Source of the DNA: Magnetococcales bacterium
Lineage (GTDB): Bacteria; Pseudomonadota; Magnetococcia; Magnetococcales; JADFZT01
Reading direction: 5' to 3'
Assembly (NCBI GenBank): GCA_015232395.1
Contig: JADFZT010000018.1
Span: 4,172 to 68,171, forward strand
Length of the DNA stretch: 64,000 nucleotides
Shown here: piece after piece, positions 43,340 to 52,741 of the stretch
How the letters are laid out: each line of letters starts with the position of its first letter
How positions within the stretch are numbered: position 1 is the stretch's first letter
Notes under the pieces: model-generated
Database searches by the model: none
What the model was told of the DNA's origin: nothing
Seen by the model: only the letters and a program-made list of their open reading frames with translations
Program-made: the position numbers and the translations under genes

Positions 43340-44260
43340 TTACGTAGAGGACTTGGCCGCCGGTATAAAGTCCAGCCCCGCCTTGCCATAAAAATAGCCG
43401 TTACAAAACCCCTTGTCGTCGTTAAACGGCATCATCCTGGCCAGAGCCTCTTCGCCATCCACCCGGCCATCAATCCGATCCCGCCACACCCCGACAAGCT
43501 CAGCCATATGCTTGGATTGAGGAGACAAACGCACGATATCCACCCCCGTCTCCCGCATCACATCCACCTGGTCTACCAGGTTATAGACCTTTTCCGACAT
43601 GGTTTCCGTGCCGTTCATCACCAGAATGGGGGAATCCTCCTGGGTTTTCACCTCCATGCCGTCGGGAAACTCCCCACACTTGTAGTGACAGTCATTTTTG
43701 GGCAGATGAAACGCCCGGGAGGTGTAGCAGCGTGCCGAAAAAGTGAGGGGCAGGCGACCATGGGCAAACACCTCAAACTCCATGACAGGCCCCCGATAGT
43801 CGTTGACCAGGGCTTTGATGGTGTGCAGCGGCAGCTCCACCGGCGGCACCAGACGATTGACCCCCACCTCAGCCAAAAAGGAGAGGGTTTCCGGATTATA
43901 GGTGGTGATATGGGGCCCCGCTACCATGGGATGCCCCTCACCTATTCCGACCGCCGCCATATCGTTGGCTTCAAATTTGAGTCCAAGCTCCCGGGCATTT
44001 TCCACCACTTTGCGGACGTTTTCGATCTCCCCATCGCTCATCACCAGACCCAGGGTCGAAAACACCACCTCCTTGCCCGAATCCTTCAACTCACCAGCCA
44101 GCTCGACCATCTCCTCCGGGGTCAGATTATAGCGCTTGGAGCAGACCACCTCCCCCAGATAGAGAATATCCGCGCTGGTCTCGTAGGCCATCTGCTTGAA
44201 AAACGTCCGAAACCCCTTTTTACCCCAGTCAAAGAGCGGGGGACCTATGGAAATTTTCAT
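43340..44260 (-). CDS. ubiV: Peptidase-U32-family protein UbiV (O2-independent ubiquinone hydroxylation)
   Basis: MKISIGPPLFDW...YLGEVVCSKR... plus RCYTSRAFHLPKNDCHYKC. The Cys spacing C-x13-C-x3-C plus the early Cys matches the UbiV 4Fe-4S ligand pattern. The ATG at 44258-44260 overlaps the ubiU stop (TAATG). Confidence 0.8.
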   Translation of the reverse strand: MKISIGPPLFDWGKKGFRTFFKQMAYETSADILYLGEVVCSKRYNLTPEEMVELAGELKDSGKEVVFSTLGLVMSDGEIENVRKVVENARELGLKFEANDMAAVGIGEGHPMVAGPHITTYNPETLSFLAEVGVNRLVPPVELPLHTIKALVNDYRGPVMEFEVFAHGRLPLTFSARCYTSRAFHLPKNDCHYKCGEFPDGMEVKTQEDSPILVMNGTETMSEKVYNLVDQVDVMRETGVDIVRLSPQSKHMAELVGVWRDRIDGRVDGEEALARMMPFNDDKGFCNGYFYGKAGLDFIPAAKSST

Positions 44261-45264
44261 TACTGCCAATTCTCCTCATAGGTGCCCAGGGTATGGGTCG
44301 AACCCTCCGACGTCGCATTCAAAGCCCGAAGCCAGCCGCCTCGGGGCTCAAAATTTTCCGGATCCTTATAGTAGCTGTCCACCGCCTTGCGCATGATGCG
44401 GGTCGCCGTGGCTACGTAGGATTTGGTGCGCTGGCGGCCTTCGATCTTGAGAGAAACCACACCCGCTTCGATCACCTGGGGCAGCATCTCAATGATATTC
44501 AAACTGCCCGGCTCCTCCATCACGTGATAGGTCTCGCCATTGGCCTGAAAACGCCCCTTACACACCGTGGGATAAGCCGCGTCCTGATCTTTTTCGTACT
44601 GGGCAATCAGCACCCCGTTGAGACGGGTCTGGAGCTTTTCCCCTCTGTTTTCGAACCGCACCGCCCGAGCCGGTGAGCAGACCCCCTCGATGTTGGGCGA
44701 CACCCCGGTGATAAAAGAGGAAAGATAACAACGCCCCTCAGCCATCACACAGAGCCCGCCAAAGGCAAACACCTCCAACTCCACATCGGTCTTGGTCTTG
44801 AGCCGTTTGATCTCCTCCACCGTCAGCACCCGGGGTAAAATCACCCGGGTGATGCCAAAATGGCGCTGGTAAAAGTTGATCGCCTCGTGGTTGCTGGCAG
44901 AGGCCTGCACCGAAAGATGAATCTTCAGGTCGGGATGTTTTTCCCGGGCATATTTCAAAAGCGCCAAATTGGCCAAAATAATGGCGTTGGCCCCCAGTTT
45001 TGAGGCCAGATCGACGGTGTTATACCAGGGGCTCGGATCATCCACCTGGGGAAAGGTGTTCAAGACAATATTGGCCTTGACCCCCTTTCGGCGGGCATAT
45101 TCGATTCCCTTCTCCGCCTCCGCCTCGCTAAAATTCAGCCCCTCAAAGTTGCGGGCATTGGTAGCGTTGCGAAAACCGAAATAGACAGCATTGGCACCAT
45201 TATCCACCGCAGCCTTCAGTGAAGGCAGATTGCCAGCGGGGGCCAGGACTTCCACTCTACTCAT
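44260..45264 (-). CDS. ubiU: Peptidase-U32-family protein UbiU (O2-independent ubiquinone hydroxylation)
   Basis: 334 aa from MSRVEVLAPAGNLPSLKAAVDNGANAVYFGFRNATNARNFEGLNF (cf. E. coli YhbU MELLCPAGNLPALKAAIENGADAVYIG...). Cys cluster GGLCVMAEGRCYLSSFITGVSPNIEGVC (C-x6-C-x16-C). The ORF-track start at 45342 adds 26 unsupported residues. Confidence 0.8.
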   Translation of the reverse strand: MSRVEVLAPAGNLPSLKAAVDNGANAVYFGFRNATNARNFEGLNFSEAEAEKGIEYARRKGVKANIVLNTFPQVDDPSPWYNTVDLASKLGANAIILANLALLKYAREKHPDLKIHLSVQASASNHEAINFYQRHFGITRVILPRVLTVEEIKRLKTKTDVELEVFAFGGLCVMAEGRCYLSSFITGVSPNIEGVCSPARAVRFENRGEKLQTRLNGVLIAQYEKDQDAAYPTVCKGRFQANGETYHVMEEPGSLNIIEMLPQVIEAGVVSLKIEGRQRTKSYVATATRIMRKAVDSYYKDPENFEPRGGWLRALNATSEGSTHTLGTYEENWQ

Positions 45265-45362
45265 TATAGCTTCCCTAACCACATTGGGGGTGAACTCCCT
45301 CTCACAAGGCAAGAGTCTATCCTTTTCCACAAGTTCTGGCAAAACGCTGCGTCATCCCCCCG

Positions 45363-46049
45363 TCAACCAACCTCTGGCCAGGCCCGGGTCAGTTTGTGGG
45401 GTATTTTCAACCTGTTCAAAATCCGCCCGACTAAAAAATCGACCAGATCCGAAACCCTTGGAGCGGAAAGCTCCGCGACTCTCGGGGGATCTTGATCTGG
45501 AACAGACCCGTTTTGAGCCCCCTCCCCCCCCTGAGCCCCATGATAAAATCCAGGTGCTGCAGGCAATATCACCACCCCCAGGCGGGCCAGCTTCAGCATG
45601 TTTTCCAGATGAATCACCGAAAACGGGGTCTCTCTGGGCACCAGGATGAGATCGCCCCCCTCCTTGATGGTGACATCCGCCGCCCGCTCAATGAGATTAT
45701 CGGACATTCCCCCGGCAATAGCCGCCAAAGTACCCATGGAGCAAGGGCAAACCACCATTTTACGCACGCCTCCGGAGCCGGAAGCCAAGGGGGAAAACCA
45801 ATCCCGAACGCCAAAATAGCGCAACCGCCCGGCATCCACCCGGAAATAATCCGACACCTCCCGGGCAACCGCCTCATCCCCCCCCTGCCAGCTGAGACCA
45901 CACTCCCGCTCCAGCACGACTCTAGCCGCCTCACTCAACAAAAAATCCACCGCCAGACCAGAATCGAGCAACACTTCCACCAGGCGCAAGCCATAAAGGG
46001 CGCCGGAGGCCCCGGTCAAAGCGACGGTGATGGGCTGCTGCTGGTCCAT
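45363..46049 (-). CDS. ubiX: Flavin prenyltransferase UbiX (with an internal insertion)
   Basis: ITVALTGASGALYGLRL...VVCPCSMGTLAAIAGGMSDNLIERAADVTIKEGGDLILVPRETPF...PAAPGFYH...DLVDFLVGRIL. ATG at 46047-46049; alternative GTG at 46058. Confidence 0.9.
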   Translation of the reverse strand: MDQQQPITVALTGASGALYGLRLVEVLLDSGLAVDFLLSEAARVVLERECGLSWQGGDEAVAREVSDYFRVDAGRLRYFGVRDWFSPLASGSGGVRKMVVCPCSMGTLAAIAGGMSDNLIERAADVTIKEGGDLILVPRETPFSVIHLENMLKLARLGVVILPAAPGFYHGAQGGEGAQNGSVPDQDPPRVAELSAPRVSDLVDFLVGRILNRLKIPHKLTRAWPEVG

Positions 46050-46182
46050 GGCTTGCACACCTTTCGTCCACTGACCATTTCAGCCAATGGTTCAGTCAAA
46101 TAACCTCACTGGAACACCAGCTGGAAAAATCCATCCAAGAATGGGAAGCTAAGCGTTTCGTTTCAAGGGAGAGTTTCCACCG

Positions 46183-47154
46183 ATGTCCGTTTATACCCGG
46201 GTCACCCCCGAAGATCTCACCCACTGGCTGCCCCGTTTTGATATCGGCCAGCTTCACCGCTTGGAAGGGATCTCCGATGGGGTGGTCAACACCAACTATC
46301 GGCTGTTGACCGATCAGGGGAAATATATCCTCACCCTGGTGGAAGATCCCCGGGAAGCACGCGGCCTCCCCTATTCGACCTTTTTGCTCAGCCATCTGGC
46401 CAAACGCCACATCCCCTGCCCCTTGCCAGTGGCGGATCGAAAGGGGATCGTCCTCCAGCAACTCAAAGAGCGCCCCACCCTCATCGTCACCCTGCTGCCA
46501 GGTCGCTCCCCCCAAACCCCCACCCCCCGTCAATGCCACACCCTGGGGGAAATGCTGGCCAAGCTCCATCAAGCGGGACGGGATTTTCCCAAACAGCGGC
46601 CCAATCCCATGGGAGACGGGATGTTGACCCGGATTTTTGCTCAATTGCAGCCGCTCCTGGAAAAACAGGATCCAGCAACCGCCGCCCTCCTGCAAGAGGA
46701 GATGGTGGCCATGACCAAAGAGTTTGCCGCCAAATCCCTGCCCATGGGGGTGTGTCATGCCGATCTTTTTCCCGACAACACCCTCTTCGAAGGGGACCGA
46801 CTGACCGGGGTGATCGACTTTCACTACAGCTGCCAGGAGCGCTGGGTGTTGGATCTGGCCATCACCTTGAACGCCTGGTGCCTGAATGATCAGGGGGAGC
46901 CCGACCAACATCGTTTGGGGGCACTCTGGGAGGGCTACCGCACCTTACGCCCCCTGGAACCCCAGGAAATGGCAGCCCTCAATCTGGCGCTGAGAGCCGC
47001 TGCGCTGCGGTTTTCCCTCACCCGACTCAAGGATCAACTCTTTCCCAGACAAGGGGATCAAGTGACCCGCAAGCCCCCGAAAGCGTTCCTGAATCGGTTG
47101 CGGTTTCATCAAAAAACCGACCTCACAGCTTTTTTATCAAGCCACACCCGATAA
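46183..47154 (+). CDS. thrB: Homoserine kinase, type II (aminoglycoside-phosphotransferase fold)
   Basis: 323 aa. MSVYTRVTPEDLTHWLPRFDIGQLHRLEGISDGVVNTNYRL...GVCHADLFPDNTLF...GVIDFHYSC. AAGGGAGAG SD. Confidence 0.85.
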   Translation: MSVYTRVTPEDLTHWLPRFDIGQLHRLEGISDGVVNTNYRLLTDQGKYILTLVEDPREARGLPYSTFLLSHLAKRHIPCPLPVADRKGIVLQQLKERPTLIVTLLPGRSPQTPTPRQCHTLGEMLAKLHQAGRDFPKQRPNPMGDGMLTRIFAQLQPLLEKQDPATAALLQEEMVAMTKEFAAKSLPMGVCHADLFPDNTLFEGDRLTGVIDFHYSCQERWVLDLAITLNAWCLNDQGEPDQHRLGALWEGYRTLRPLEPQEMAALNLALRAAALRFSLTRLKDQLFPRQGDQVTRKPPKAFLNRLRFHQKTDLTAFLSSHTR

Positions 47155-47342
47155 AAACATCATTCCCCAGACAAGATCACCATCAAAAAAAATCAACAAT
47201 CCCAGCAGCCTGCCAAGGGCCTGTCATTTTCGCCAACCTCCGTCCGATATTTATTTTGCTACCGAACGAACAAAACCCCGTAAAATGAAACTCATTCGTA
47301 TATACTAAACATCAACGAACAAGAATATTTGGCGGGGGCCAA

Positions 47343-47504
47343 ATGGCTGTTGGAGGCTTACAGATGGCTTTTCGCACATATTGGAATCATCTCCGAAGAG
47401 TGGCCCTCTCCGGTGCTGTCATCCTTGGCACCGCTACCCTGGCTGTGGTCATTGTCAAGGGGGTCAAAAACCTCTCCGACCACTTGAACCACACCTTTTG
47501 GTAA
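47343..47504 (+). CDS. Candidate 53-aa single-TM small protein (hypothetical)
   Basis: Own translation: MAVGGLQMAFRTYWNHLRRVALSGAVILGTATLAVVIVKGVKNLSDHLNHTFW*. G-rich SD-like GGGGG 4-5 nt upstream, one clear hydrophobic helix, and a terminator hairpin about 60 nt downstream. No homology recognised. Confidence 0.3.
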   Translation: MAVGGLQMAFRTYWNHLRRVALSGAVILGTATLAVVIVKGVKNLSDHLNHTFW

Positions 47505-47564
47505 AGATTCAACCACCCCTTCCCACAAGGGCATTTCCTGATTCCCCAAAACCAGACGACCAAA

Positions 47565-47600
47565 AGGGGCCTTCTCCCAGGAGACAGCCCCTGTTTATTT
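47565..47600. terminator. Bidirectional terminator between the small ORF and ychF
   Basis: AGGGGC (47565-47570) ... GCCCCT (47587-47592) with inner TCTC/GAGA pairing. Followed by GTTTATTTG on the plus strand and TTTTGG on the minus strand. Confidence 0.55.
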
Positions 47601-47655
47601 GCAGCGTCTCATCCAGCAAATAAACCAAAGCGGCCAAGGGTGTCGGGATAAATCC

Positions 47656-48765
47656 TCAGACATTGAAGCGAAAATGCATCACATCCCCATCGAGGACCGG
47701 ATAGTCCCGCCCCTCCAGACGCATGCGTCCCACCTCTCTGGCCCCCTGCTCCCCCTTATATTCGACAAAATCGCTGAAGGCGATCACTTCCGCCCGGATG
47801 AAGCCTTTCTGAAAATCGGTATGAATGGCTCCGGCAGCATCATAGGCGCTGGAACCCTTCTCAACGGTCCAGGCCCGGGCCTCCTTGGGTCCGGCGGTAA
47901 AAAAGGTCAACAGGCCCAACAGCTCATAAGCCGCCCGGATCAAACGATTCAAGCCTGGCTCCGACAGGGATAGATCTTCCAAAAAGGCCGCCTTCTCCTC
48001 TGCTTCCAGCTCAGCGATTTCCGCTTCGATGGAGCCACACACCACCACCACCTGGGCGCCATCCTGCTCAGCCATGGCCCGCACGGCATCGGTTAAGCGA
48101 TGGTTGCCGGGAGTCTGGGCAGCACCGATCTCCTCTTCGGAAACATTACAAACATAGAGCAGGGGTTTGGCCGTCAGCAAAAACAGCTCCCCAACCACCG
48201 CCAACTCCTCAGGGCTCAACCCCAGGCGGCGGACCGGCTCTCCGTTTTGCAGGCCTGTGGCCACTTTTTCAAGCACCGGGGCTTGGAGCTTGGCCTCCTT
48301 GTCCCCAATGCGGGCTTTTTTGATCACCCCGTCGCGTTTTTTTTCCACGCTGACCAAATCCGCCAACATCAACTCGGTATCAATCACCCCGACATCCGTT
48401 TCGGGATCCACCTGGCCATGGACATGGGTGATATCCCCCCCCTCAAAACAGCGCACCACATGGGCGATAGCGTCCACCTGGCGGATATGGCCCAAAAACT
48501 GGTTCCCCAACCCCTCCCCCTTGCTGGCCCCGGCGACCAGACCGGCAATATCGAGAAACTCCATCACCGTGGGAAGAATTTTTTCGGATTTGGCAAATTT
48601 CGCCAGCAATTCCAAGCGACTGTCCGGCACCGTCACCACCCCCACATTGGGCTCGATGGTACAGAAGGGATAGTTGGCCATGGGGGCCCCCGCAGCTGTG
48701 AGGGCGTTGAAAATGGTGGACTTACCGACGTTGGGAAGACCTACGATGCCGCATTTGAGTGACAT
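47656..48765 (-). CDS. ychF: Redox-regulated ribosome-binding ATPase YchF
   Basis: 369 aa. MSLKCGIVGLPNVGKSTIFNALT...YPFCTIEPNVG...DIAGLVAGASKGEGLGNQFL, C-terminal TGS-like domain. Confidence 0.96.
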   Translation of the reverse strand: MSLKCGIVGLPNVGKSTIFNALTAAGAPMANYPFCTIEPNVGVVTVPDSRLELLAKFAKSEKILPTVMEFLDIAGLVAGASKGEGLGNQFLGHIRQVDAIAHVVRCFEGGDITHVHGQVDPETDVGVIDTELMLADLVSVEKKRDGVIKKARIGDKEAKLQAPVLEKVATGLQNGEPVRRLGLSPEELAVVGELFLLTAKPLLYVCNVSEEEIGAAQTPGNHRLTDAVRAMAEQDGAQVVVVCGSIEAEIAELEAEEKAAFLEDLSLSEPGLNRLIRAAYELLGLLTFFTAGPKEARAWTVEKGSSAYDAAGAIHTDFQKGFIRAEVIAFSDFVEYKGEQGAREVGRMRLEGRDYPVLDGDVMHFRFNV

Positions 48766-48890
48766 GGGATGAGTGGGATCCGTGGTGTTGGTTTGGGGAT
48801 GAATTAAAAAAAACGATTATTCTGCGTATCGTTCTTAAGGGAGTGGCTCTACCTGATTAGATTAAGCTGTTGAGCTGGGGCGCATGGATA

Positions 48891-49679
48891 CTATTTCACT
48901 GTTTCATCCCCGGCGTTGGACTGAACCTCTCCGGCTCCGACCACGCCCCCCACCCCGGATGGTTGGGTTGGGTCCCTCTCCTGGGCCTGTTTATTCTCGT
49001 TGGCGGATTTTTCAGCCTGGCTCTTTTTAAAAGCCATTTCGATCTGATTTTCGGCCTTGGGAGGTTTCACCCGATCTCTTTTTTGTTTAGGGGCCTTGGG
49101 TGTTTTTTTGCCGGTTGGAGGGTTGTAGAGCTGGTTCATCGCTCCCGGCAGGTTGCCAGCCAAAACGTGGGGCATGGCCTTGGGGAGGTCGGTCAGAGGG
49201 GGGGTCAAAAGCGTCTGCTCTTCCTGGGTCCAGTGGGAGAGCACAAATTGAGCAGGATCCATGACCGGTGGCGGGCGGCCAATGCCTAAGCGTATACGCA
49301 CAAAAGCCGGGGTACCCAGATGCTGCTGGATGGACTTGAGACCGTTGTGGCCGCCATTGCCCCCGCCTACTTTCATACGCACCACGCCGCAAGCCAGATC
49401 CAGGTCATCGTGAAACACGACGACCTGGTCAGGCTCGATCTTAAAATAGCGCGCAGCCTCACCCACCGCTTGGCCAGCGAGGTTCATGTAGGTTTCGGGA
49501 AAGAGCCAATAGACCCGATGATCGCCCACGCGTCCGCTACCGAAAAGCCCCTGAAAGCGGTTGCTTCCCGCAGAGAGACCATAGGCACGGGTCACCTCCT
49601 GGAGCACATCCCAACCCAGGTTGTGACGGGTCCCCCGGTAGCGTTCACCGGGGTTTCCCAATCCCACCAGCAGATTCAT
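48891..49679 (-). CDS. pth: Peptidyl-tRNA hydrolase with a ~70-aa Lys/Pro-rich C-terminal extension
   Basis: 262 aa. LLVGLGNPGERYRGTRHNLGW...FHDDLDL...GGGNGGHNGLKSI, then the tail ...PPTGKKTPKAPKQKRDRVKPPKAENQ... Confidence 0.94.
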   Translation of the reverse strand: MNLLVGLGNPGERYRGTRHNLGWDVLQEVTRAYGLSAGSNRFQGLFGSGRVGDHRVYWLFPETYMNLAGQAVGEAARYFKIEPDQVVVFHDDLDLACGVVRMKVGGGNGGHNGLKSIQQHLGTPAFVRIRLGIGRPPPVMDPAQFVLSHWTQEEQTLLTPPLTDLPKAMPHVLAGNLPGAMNQLYNPPTGKKTPKAPKQKRDRVKPPKAENQIEMAFKKSQAEKSANENKQAQERDPTQPSGVGGVVGAGEVQSNAGDETVK

Positions 49680-49715
49680 GGACTATCGAGACGATTGCAG
49701 GAACTGACAAATACG

Positions 49716-50357
49716 TCAGGCCTCGCCACCCTCTTCGGCAGCAGGTTCAGCACCCTCAAGCACCTCTTCCTCTTCGGTCTCTTCGACTTCTTCAGCCTTG
49801 ACGCCAACCACGGCGACGATGGTGAAGTTGACATCGGTGTGGACCTCGACCCCCTTGGGCAACTCGACATCCTCGATATGGATGGAATCACCGATCTCCA
49901 TGCCAACCAGGGAGAGTCTGATTTCGTCGGGAATGTCACCCGCCCGGCAGCTGACTTCCAGCTCACGCCGAACCTGCTGGACCATGCCACCGATTTTGAC
50001 CCCGGGACACTCCTCTTCCCCTTCCAGGATCACTGGAACGTTCACCTCGATCTGCATGTTGGGATCGAAGCGGAGAAAGTCCACATGGATCGGATTACCG
50101 GTGAGGGGGTGGACCTGCATGTCTCTAAGCAAAACCGCAGCCCGTCCCTTACCATCGATCACCAGGTTTTGACGCTGGGTACGCAGGTTGGTCCCTTCGG
50201 AAATCAAAACGCTCCTCCACTCCTTAAGCTCCAGGGAGAGGTTGCGATTGTCCCGATCACCACCATACAACACGGCTGGCAGACGACCTTCCTTGCGCAA
50301 ATGGCGGGCTTTTTCCTTACCGAGCCCTTCACGTGATAGGGCTTGAATGAGTGCCAT
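49716..50357 (-). CDS. rplY: 50S ribosomal protein L25 / general stress protein Ctc (long form, acidic tail)
   Basis: 213 aa. KARHLRKEGRLPAVLYGG...VHPLTGNPIHVDFLR..., C-terminal EEVEETEEEEVLEG. Confidence 0.93.
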   Translation of the reverse strand: MALIQALSREGLGKEKARHLRKEGRLPAVLYGGDRDNRNLSLELKEWRSVLISEGTNLRTQRQNLVIDGKGRAAVLLRDMQVHPLTGNPIHVDFLRFDPNMQIEVNVPVILEGEEECPGVKIGGMVQQVRRELEVSCRAGDIPDEIRLSLVGMEIGDSIHIEDVELPKGVEVHTDVNFTIVAVVGVKAEEVEETEEEEVLEGAEPAAEEGGEA

Positions 50358-50391
50358 GATCTTAAACTCCTTGCTATTTTACCTACACGAA

Positions 50392-51336
50392 CTAGACAAA
50401 CAGAGAACTGACCGATTCCTCGTCGGAAATCCGCCGGATGGCTTCTCCGAGGAGATGGGAAACGGTCTGAACCTGAATTTTATCGCATGCTGCCGCACGA
50501 TCCGACAGGCGAATGGTATCGGTGACAATCAGTTCCTTCAAGGCGGAAGCCTCAATGCGGTCCACGGCCGGCCCTGAGAGCACGCCGTGGGAGCAGACCG
50601 CCCGGACTGATTTTGCTCCCCGTTCCATCAGAGCATCGGCGGCTTTGGTCATGGTGCCCGCCGTATCTACCATGTCATCGACAATAATGCACTCCTTGCC
50701 GTCCACCTCACCGATGATATGCAACACTTCGGAGACGTTGGCGGAGGGGCGGCGTTTATCGATGATGGCCAGATCCATATCCAGCCGCTTGGCGTAGGAA
50801 CGCGCCCGTACCACACCGCCCACATCCGGGGAGACCACAACAGACGGCCCCAACCCCATGGAACGAACGGCGTTCAAGAGGACGGGTGTGCCGTAGATGT
50901 TATCCACCGGCATGTTGAAAAATCCCTGAATCTGGCCTGCATGCAGATCCATGGTGAGCACCCTCTGCACCCCGGCAGCATCCAGCAGATCCGCTACCAG
51001 CTTGGCGGTGATGGGGGTGCGGCCTGCTTCTTTGCGATCTTGCCGGGAGTAACCATAATAGGGAATCACCGCCGTAATCCGGCCCGCCGAGGCGCGCCTC
51101 AAGGCATCCACCATGATCAGCAGTTCCATCAGGTGGTCGTTGGCCGGAGTGGAGGTGGGTTGGATGACAAAAACATCCCGCCCTCGCACATTTTCGTTAA
51201 TCTGCACGAAGATTTCGCCATCGGAAAAGTGTTTGATGGTCGCACTCCCCACGGAAGCAAACAGGTGGTCGGCGATTCGGGAGGTCAGATCGGGGTTGGC
51301 CGATCCGGAAAAAATCTTGATCGTCTGGATAGACAT
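50392..51336 (-). CDS. prs: Ribose-phosphate pyrophosphokinase
   Basis: 314 aa from ATG 51334-51336: [17 protein letters not shown]...[10 protein letters not shown]...[11 protein letters not shown]...[13 protein letters not shown]...[11 protein letters not shown]. The ORF-track extension to 51405 is unsupported. Confidence 0.96.
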   Translation of the reverse strand: MSIQTIKIFSGSANPDLTSRIADHLFASVGSATIKHFSDGEIFVQINENVRGRDVFVIQPTSTPANDHLMELLIMVDALRRASAGRITAVIPYYGYSRQDRKEAGRTPITAKLVADLLDAAGVQRVLTMDLHAGQIQGFFNMPVDNIYGTPVLLNAVRSMGLGPSVVVSPDVGGVVRARSYAKRLDMDLAIIDKRRPSANVSEVLHIIGEVDGKECIIVDDMVDTAGTMTKAADALMERGAKSVRAVCSHGVLSGPAVDRIEASALKELIVTDTIRLSDRAAACDKIQVQTVSHLLGEAIRRISDEESVSSLFV

Positions 51337-51693
51337 GGCAAAGGGTTTCCGGGTGGTATGGCGAGACGTGGTGCGGAAAATACACCCGTTGCCCCATAGG
51401 CGCAAGTTCCGATTTCGTTCCCAATCTCTCTTTTATCAATCATTAGCAGATGAATTGGGTGGCAAAACAGGTTTGGCAGGTGCTTAACGGCTGCGTTTGA
51501 TTTTCAGACAGAGTATCAGACAGCCCCCTCCACCACCAGAGCTACTGCGTCCGATAATCCCACCCGCTTCCTCCCGGCCCCAAGGCAGCCTGTCATCCTA
51601 TCCTTATACATAAGGCATAGGCCACAACCTTACCCTCCACCACTCTTTACTTTTCAGCCCCACACCCCTCCCCACAATACCCAAGCCATCGAC

Positions 51694-52458
51694 TCAAGCC
51701 AGCTTTTCACCATAGAGCCTCGCAGCATTTTCCCAAGTGGCCTCCTTAACCGCTTCTGGAGAAATCTCCTTGATGGCGGCGATCTCCTCAATCACCACCC
51801 GCACATGCATCGGCTCGTTGCGCTCTCCCTGCACGGGGCCCAACACGGGACTGTCGGTCTCAATCAACAGATGAGAGAGGGGCAGACGAGCCACCAGCTT
51901 GCGTTTTTGCTGGGAGTGACGAATCGATGGGGGAATCGAAAAAAACCATCCTGCCTCCACCCCGGGCAGCGCTCTGGAGGCTTTGCCGTCGAAGGCGTGG
52001 AGCTGCACCTTTTGGGCCCCTTCCTGCAACATCAAAGCGATGGCGTGGTGACCTGCCGAGCGGCTGTGGACGTTCAGGGGGAGGTTCAACTCTTTGGATA
52101 GGGCGATAAATGCTTGGAAATGTTGCCGCTGCAACGCCCGCTCGCCTTCTTCCTTGATCACCCAATAATCCAGTCCCACCTCGCCGATAGCGATGAGAGA
52201 GGCGTGGTGCTCCCGGATGAATCGAACCATTTCGGCCATCTCAGCCGAATCCAGATGGGTGGGGTAGAGCCCAGCGGCAGGGCGCAACGTCGGATGATGA
52301 GCGGCCAGTTCCAGATTACGTCTACCATCCGCCAAGGTTTCCCCTACGACAATAATCCGCTCCACCCCCGCTTCCCGGCCTCGTTTGAGCACAGCCTCCC
52401 GATCCGGGTCGAATACCGGGTCACACAAGTGGGCGTGGGTATCGGTGATGAAGGGCAT
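51694..52458 (-). CDS. TatD-family metal-dependent hydrolase
   Basis: 254 aa. ITDTHAHLCDPVF...AIGEVGLDY...LPLNVHSRSA...LIETDSP. Confidence 0.9.
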   Translation of the reverse strand: MPFITDTHAHLCDPVFDPDREAVLKRGREAGVERIIVVGETLADGRRNLELAAHHPTLRPAAGLYPTHLDSAEMAEMVRFIREHHASLIAIGEVGLDYWVIKEEGERALQRQHFQAFIALSKELNLPLNVHSRSAGHHAIALMLQEGAQKVQLHAFDGKASRALPGVEAGWFFSIPPSIRHSQQKRKLVARLPLSHLLIETDSPVLGPVQGERNEPMHVRVVIEEIAAIKEISPEAVKEATWENAARLYGEKLA

Positions 52459-52741
52459 GTCAGACTCTGAAAAAGAGTTTTGGCTGGTGAAAAAAGCGTT
52501 GGGTTACCCAAAAACAGGTGCGTCCAAAAAGGGATCCATCTCAAATGGGCAAAAAAATGGGCCTGGTGGGGCAAAGCCCCAGCAGACCCCCGGAGAGCAT
52601 CCTTGTCCACGGGATGCACCATTCTTATCGGCAGCTTCTCTCTTTCCATGAGCACTCTTTTCAATAAATATAAAAAAATATTGGCCCGCTATGTGCTTTA
52701 ATACTCCAACCAAAGGAAAAGACAGGAAAAAGGAGCAGACC

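Noticed and set aside
46096-46911. 271-aa minus-strand ORF overlapping the homoserine kinase gene
   Set aside because: The plus-strand product carries the kinase motifs (HADLFPDN, IDFHY) and a good SD. The minus-strand translation is Gly/Gln/Pro-rich with no motif.
49320-50336. 338-aa plus-strand ORF spanning pth and rplY antisense
   Set aside because: It crosses two well-supported minus-strand genes and their spacer, and has no family resemblance.
51337-51693. 357-nt C-rich (G-rich on the transcribed strand) spacer between tatD and prs, with GGGG-A-GGGG-TGT-GGGG runs (complement of 51658-51673) as a possible G-quadruplex or hidden tRNA
   Set aside because: Only three tight G-runs are present, with the fourth far away. 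There are no tRNA cloverleaf elements (no GTTCGA/TTCGAA T-loop) and no ORF with an SD. The evidence is insufficient for a feature.
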